Shown: in pieces, positions 57,848 to 64,000 of the stretch
Layout of the letters: the number at the start of each line of letters is the position of its first letter
How positions within the stretch are numbered: position 1 is the stretch's first letter
From: Octopus bimaculoides
Lineage: Eukaryota
DNA length: 64,000 nucleotides
Assembly: GCF_001194135.2 (NCBI RefSeq)
Contig: NC_068988.1
Location: forward strand, 95,707,598-95,771,597
Reading direction: 5' to 3'
The notes under the pieces: generated by a model
The model's database searches: none
What the model was told of the DNA's origin: nothing
What the model saw: the letters and a program-made list of their open reading frames with translations, nothing else
Made by a program: the position numbers and the translations under genes

Positions 57848-58033
57848 GGTGGTGGTGGTGATGATGATGATGAAGATGTTACTGAAGATCATGATGACGA
57901 TGATGATGAGGAGGAGGACGATGGTAGTGTTGGTGGCGATCATAACGATGATGGATGATGATGATGATGATGGTGGTGGTTGGTGGTGGTGGTGGTGGTG
58001 ATGATGATGATAATAATGATGAGGATGATAATA

Positions 58034-58098
<65 letters not shown>

Positions 58099-58178
58099 GT
58101 GGTGGTGGTGGTGGTGGTGATGATGATAATGATGATGATGACGATGATGATGATGATGATGATGACGATGATGATGAC
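57811..58178. repeat. Compound (GAT)n/(GGT)n triplet array
   Basis: Directly visible alternating blocks. Confidence 0.95.
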
Positions 58179-58824
58179 ATCGACTACAGCGTAAATCCCC
58201 TTCCCCTATCCCACTAAACGCCCTTCAGAAAAGTTATATCTCTCTTCCCAGAGTTATTTCCTTTTTTTTTTTTTACTTTTCGGCAACACACCATCAGATC
58301 ATCTGCGAATGTTACGCATCAGATGGAAATCTATCAATTGTATCGATGCAGCTTACCATTAGAGCCAGGCTCTCCTTCTGATTACAGGTTGTCGTATCAA
58401 GGCTGGAGTGTGCAACAGTCCATCAAAAAAAAACTCTATCTCTCACCTCATCGAAACTGAGGAATCATTAAAATAACGATTTTTTTAAATGAGGACAAAG
58501 CCAACAATTTGTAAATGGCCGATACAGTCTACAGAATCATACCCAATATCAGCAATTTAGAAATAATCGATGGATACAATCCTTCCAAGTCTACTTCGAT
58601 GACTTCAGTTTCGCTTTTTTTCTCATACTCCGTTAAATCACTGGATTACCAAACTTTTGCTTTATTCCCTCATCAATAGGTAAGCTGCTTGTTAACTTCA
58701 TATTCTAAATAAACGGCTCCAAAGTGTTTTTACTAATCATACTTATATCTCTTTGGCTGGATTTATCAGTTTGAACTCCAGGTTGATCTTAAAGTCTTTG
58801 GAGGTAATACAAAGAAAGCGTTTA

Positions 58825-59035
58825 TAGGTGGCGAACTGGTAGGATCTTAACACGATGGATAAGATGCTTAGCGGCATTTCGTCCGTCTTTACGTTCTAAG
58901 TTCAAATTCCGCCGAGGTTCACTTTGCTTTTCAGCCTCTTGGGATCGATGAAATAAATACCAGTTGAGCCCTAGGATCGATGTAATCGACTCACCTCTCT
59001 CTCAGAGTTGTTAGCCTTGCGCCAAAAATTTAAAA
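58825..59035 (+). mobile_element. SINE family B
   Basis: ggtggcgaactgg..gttcaaattccgccgagg..actttgcttttca. Confidence 0.8.
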
Positions 59036-60459
59036 TCAAAGTAAAAATAGCGTTTAAGTTAAACATTTTCTGTCGAATAATTTTCGTTAGTTTCCTTTCG
59101 TTTCCAAATCAAAAACATTAGGATTATTGTTTAAAGTTATTTGTTTTGTTATGGTGGCCATAATGTTCTTGCTCAAGGATTGATTGAGTGAAATCTGATT
59201 TATCTGTCTCGTGCAGGTTTATCTTCGTAGTACTTTTATTTTCTCGAAGCGCCTGTCTGTATTTGTCTTCGACTCTATGATAAGTTGCTTCATTAGGGAA
59301 AAATATTTCTTATACCTTTGCTTATTGCTATAAGAATTTGCTTAATAACATTTCGTAGATTGAACGTATGTAAAGAAGATGGCTGTTAGGTTTTTGTATC
59401 GGGTTTGTTGGAATATGAGCTGATATTCATCATCGTAGACAGGAAGAGAATGTTTTCCACGTTGGTTTCTATTATCGCTTTTAGGTAAAACTTTTTGAAG
59501 GTGACTGATTTTTACTGAGTGTCTCGGCTGTAAGCGTCACCCACGTTCCTGGAATCCATTAGTCCGTCCTCCTCTTACTGCCTCACGCTCGTATTATCTG
59601 TTGCACATCCGTTCTACTTCGTAAGTTACCTTCAAATTCACCCGACATCTCAATTTATCTGTCCTACCCCGCCAAATAATAGATCACGCAATTCTAGAAT
59701 TATTTAGAATTTTACCGAACAAAATTTATTTCATTTGGAATAAAATAATTCAATTTAAAAAATGTAACAAGACAAAAGACAAAGAAATGACTGGTCCTTT
59801 TCGATTTACCACTCACTGTGTATGTTGACGCATGCCACCTTATGACATCTCATTATGAAGTATCACATTAGCAACTACCTTGTTAACAACTCAAATGCCA
59901 AATTCAACGTCAAATTCAATGCGATACTTCGCCATTTCTCACCGACTGCTTTATGCAGCCTGTAGTGTTTGAACATTTATCATTTTGTTTTGGTTTTTAA
60001 TTTATATTTAATTTTTTTTTTATCTTTTATAATTGTTTTCGTGTCTCTTAATTTACTTTTCGCCATCGTGGATTATTTGTTGATATCCTACGAATTTCCT
60101 CTCGGCCAAAATGATGCAGTGAGAGGTTGATTTGGCAGCACGCCACATCCTTATTTTGTTTGATTCCTTCCTTCCTTCCTTTCTGTCTTCTTTTCTTTCT
60201 GTCTTTCTCTACTTCTTTCTTCACTCCTCCCCCCACACCATCTTTTTGTCGTCTTTCTCTCTGTCTTCTATTCTTACGCAGTATGCTGTCAATAGCAGTG
60301 AATGAAGGTTCGCATCAGTAAACGGTCACGCTTTAATGGGCTGTTGAGGATATTGAAATAAAGCTTCCGGGCATCTCATCTTCCGCCAGTTTCATAGCGA
60401 AAAAAAAAGGGGGGAATGCAGAACTAAGCGATATCATTTCTAAACACAAAAGAAACGAA

Positions 60460-60670
60460 TATATGTATATATGCACGGGTGTGCGTGTATACACACATAC
60501 ATACATACATGCATACAAACATGCGCGTGCACACGTATGTATTATGTATTATACATACATGCGCCTGTACGTATGTATTATCGATATTATGTAGATATGA
60601 AAACACATGACTTTACATATATGCATACACAAAGAGACACACATATGTATGTATATATGTGCGTGTATGT

Positions 60671-60709
<39 letters not shown>

Positions 60710-61183
60710 TGGTGCATGTATGTAAACATGTATTTATATATACGTATATTAATGTGATATAGCTATATACACATAAGTATATAGATATATATCTATCCAC
60801 ATACGACACACACACACACACACACACACACAGATTGAAGTAACAGTTTTGTGCGTCCTTAAAAGGCTAAGACAACTTCCACCATATAATTGCTTCTGTT
60901 TCAATTTACGCCCTAAATATCAAGTCACTGGCCAAACAATTACAACTGCAATCTGTATAGGGATGCATAGAGATATCTTTTATTGTTAATGGCGTGTCAG
61001 ATGTGGAGAATGCTTGGTTCTTGAGATTCTCCCCTTGAAAAGCCAATGCGAAAACAAATTCCTTTTTCGATCAGAAAATCGACTATCATCATCATCATCA
61101 TCATCAATGCGTGTACGTGTGTGTGTACATACATATATACATATGTATACATATATATATATATGTATACATACATACATATA

Positions 61184-61234
<51 letters not shown>

Positions 61235-61255
61235 GTGTACTTGTATATGTATATA
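60460..61255. repeat. AT/AC/ATAC simple-repeat region (two blocks)
   Basis: Directly visible at about 60460-60830 and 61125-61255. Confidence 0.85.
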
Positions 61256-62228
61256 CAGGGTGATTCAAAAGTCCCTTCAATAATTTGGAGCTTGACTAAA
61301 GTATTGCGAGAAAACAGGGCAGGAGAATTAGGGGAATATTAAATGTAAAATAAGGCTGGAGAAGAAGGGAGAAGACAAGCTAATATTGGAATCAAGTTTT
61401 AGCAGAAGGGGGGGGGCAAGTCGATACATCGATCACAGTACTCAACTGGTACTTATTTCATCCTTTTGGAGTCGATAAGTTAAATACCAGTTACACACTG
61501 GGGTTGATATCAACTTTTTGCCTGCCTTCGAAATTACTGGCCTTGTGCCAAAATTTGAAACCGATGTTAAGAAGAAGAAACACTTGGGAGGAATGGATCA
61601 GATAAAAGGACTTGGAAAAGGAAAAATAATTAGCAAGATGGTGGAAATGAGGAAGTGAGGTTGGATAAAGAAAGAAGAGGAAAGAAAGGGGAAGTAACTG
61701 TTGGAGAACTGAAGTAAAAAGACAAAGAAGGAGGAGTGGGGGTGCAACTACGTATCTATTAATACAATCAGAATCGATCGAAGAATGTCTCTAGAGTGGT
61801 ATTTTGTAATTGTATATGCAGATTCACACATTCAAAAGTAGTTAAAACACCTTAAATAATTAAGATAATTTAGAGTTATTCAGTGTACTTAATTAGAATG
61901 ATTATATTTAAATTACAACGTATAAGATACAATTCATAATATAAAATTAATTAATACAAATTGAAGTGATTTAAATATTTCACGATGGAACGTTATTTAG
62001 CTCCATTGTGTTGTTCGATAAGTATTCGATAGTGTTGAGAAAATAAAGAAGATTATAAATAGATTATTTCTAACAAAATATACTTTTATACAAGACAGAA
62101 ATAAGGCTGAAGTGACTGGAACCTGTAAAGTGATAAGAGAAGTAAAAAAAAGAAGAGAAAAGATGAGAAAAATAATGAAACATAATGAGGATTGTAAGAC
62201 AGAAGAAAAATCATCAGGAAGGTGAGTA

Positions 62229-62259
<31 letters not shown>

Positions 62260-63953
62260 CAAAGGATTAGAGCAGTGAAGTAAAGCTTGTAGTAAATGTA
62301 TAAAAACAGATGGAAGCTAAATGTTAGGGAGGAGGGTCAGAAATGGATAGGCTTGGGTTCATTGTTTATTGTAGAGAAATCGCCATCGACGAGGCACGTT
62401 ATGAATAAGACGGTAATACAATTGACCGCCATATTTACTGGTGTGAAACCGTTTAATCTTCTATGTATGTATTTTTTATCTTTTATCGTTTACTTGTTTC
62501 AGTCATTTGATTGCGGCCATGCTAATGTACCTTTTGTATTTTTAGCTAATCTCAAAGGATTCGGTATTGTTTTCTTCGAAGCAGTTACATTTTACGGCCT
62601 CACCATAAAATAGAAAATGATCTCATTAATGGATAAAATGGATATTCTGTGACATTTTTCAAGGTTGATTAAAATATTCCAAGGTTGGTTTAAATTACAA
62701 TATATTTACTTTAGCGTCTCATTCGAATTAATGAAAGGACATTAAAACGATTTAGAGAGATCGAAGCTAGTTTCTTGTCTTCTTCCCCTTCACTTCTTTT
62801 CCATATATTCTTTAGGTTTTCTCTCTCGTTCGCTTTCATCTCATCTTCGTCTATATTCTCTATACATTATATGCATATTCTCTATACATTATATGCATAT
62901 TCTCTATATTTTTTATGAAGCTCAATTTCGAAGTCGACAGCGGTTCAAATATATTATATCTGTAAAACATCGTATCTGTAAACCGATGGATTCATATTTG
63001 TCCAACTGCTAACTCTTCGTGGTCGATCTGGACACCATCGGTTTAAAATTCATTTCGTCCCTTTCGTTTCTATTCTCGTTCTATCCGGGCCTGAGCTATA
63101 AAAATCGATATATTGAGGCAAATGCCATAATTGGGAACAGAATATAACTTCTGTTATATGTTTATCTTTCAGTTGTCCCAAAATATACGAACGTTTACCT
63201 CTAAACAGCCATCCACTTTTCTCTTCCTACGATTCCCACAAGTGTGTTGGGGGTAGAGTCCTCAGAAGCAACTGTCATTGTACTTTCCGGTTGGACCCTT
63301 AAGCACGACTAACGAAGACCAAATTTGAGAGAGAAATTTAAATTTAATAAAAAAGATAACCAAAACATGCACAAGTTAATAACTAAATTTAAATTCTGGT
63401 TTTAAAGGTTGCATTTATTTCGTTTATGTTTTCTTTTCACAAATCTCTTAATTTCATTTCGTAGAAAACAAACCCAACATCAATAAATTTAAATTCCATT
63501 TCAACAAGGAAAGTATCTTCGTACTTTTAATGCTGTCAGAATTTGTAATATCTGAAATCATTCCATTTCTTATTGTTCTAAACGATAACAACAATTATTA
63601 TACTTGTTTATTAGTCGAACGCGTTATGCAGTATTGACTATAAATTATAAATAACGGCTCCCCGGGGTTAGGTTATAGTTAATTATGCAGCACATTGGTA
63701 ATTGTTTCTCAACTTCAAAAAGCGCAATTTGTTAACTTTTCCTCAACCAAAAGAAAACTATGAATAAATAACTAGAAAGAAATGTCTATTTTCCTCTTTT
63801 ATTTTTCGATGTGATATATCGCATATGAAATTATATTTCAGATTGTTGAACAAGGGAAACTTATTAGATTACTGCCCCTGGGTAAAATTGGTGTCTAAAT
63901 TGGTTAGTGTATATTTACGAGCAAGATATAAAAACATGCGTGCGCATAGCTAC

Positions 63954-63956
<3 letters not shown>

Positions 63957-64000
<44 letters not shown>
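63957..64000. repeat. (CT)n microsatellite at the window end
   Basis: Directly visible. Confidence 0.98.

Noticed and set aside
57683-58194. Poly-His/Ser/Met/Asp ORFs
   Set aside because: Translations of a (GAT)/(GGT) microsatellite with no splice context or unique sequence; the same applies to the CVCV/HTHT/YIYI ORFs elsewhere

Overview
Eukaryotic, AT-rich, gapped genomic sequence. The SINE, RTE and microsatellite content suggests an octopod cephalopod (inference, not verified). Two convergent multi-exon genes are present, both largely invisible in the ORF track. The first is the 3' part of PNISR/SFRS18 on + (coding exons from 1-53 to 22275-22299). The second is a complete 5-exon cytosolic Cu/Zn superoxide dismutase SOD1 on - (34374 to 24579, 155 aa, all metal ligands present). 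The rest is introns and intergenic DNA filled with RTE LINE fragments, tRNA-derived SINEs, Tc1/mariner and piggyBac-type MITEs, foldbacks and microsatellites. Most notable observations: (1) a type I hammerhead-ribozyme fold at 36495-36555 (-) paired with an inverted truncated copy that would mask it in cis, 2.1 kb upstream of SOD1; (2) a 115-nt 28S rRNA piece patched into a mariner transposase remnant in SOD1 intron 3; (3) a cluster of competing or poison splice sites, a GC stem-loop and a 6-nt microexon candidate around the 54-nt PNISR exon; (4) inverted RTE tails flanking a frame-preserving 480-nt three-exon block; (5) two cryptic stop-introducing exons in SOD1; (6) a CpG-decay boundary near 31 kb. 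All homology calls are by eye from remembered sequences; no searches or folding programs were run.
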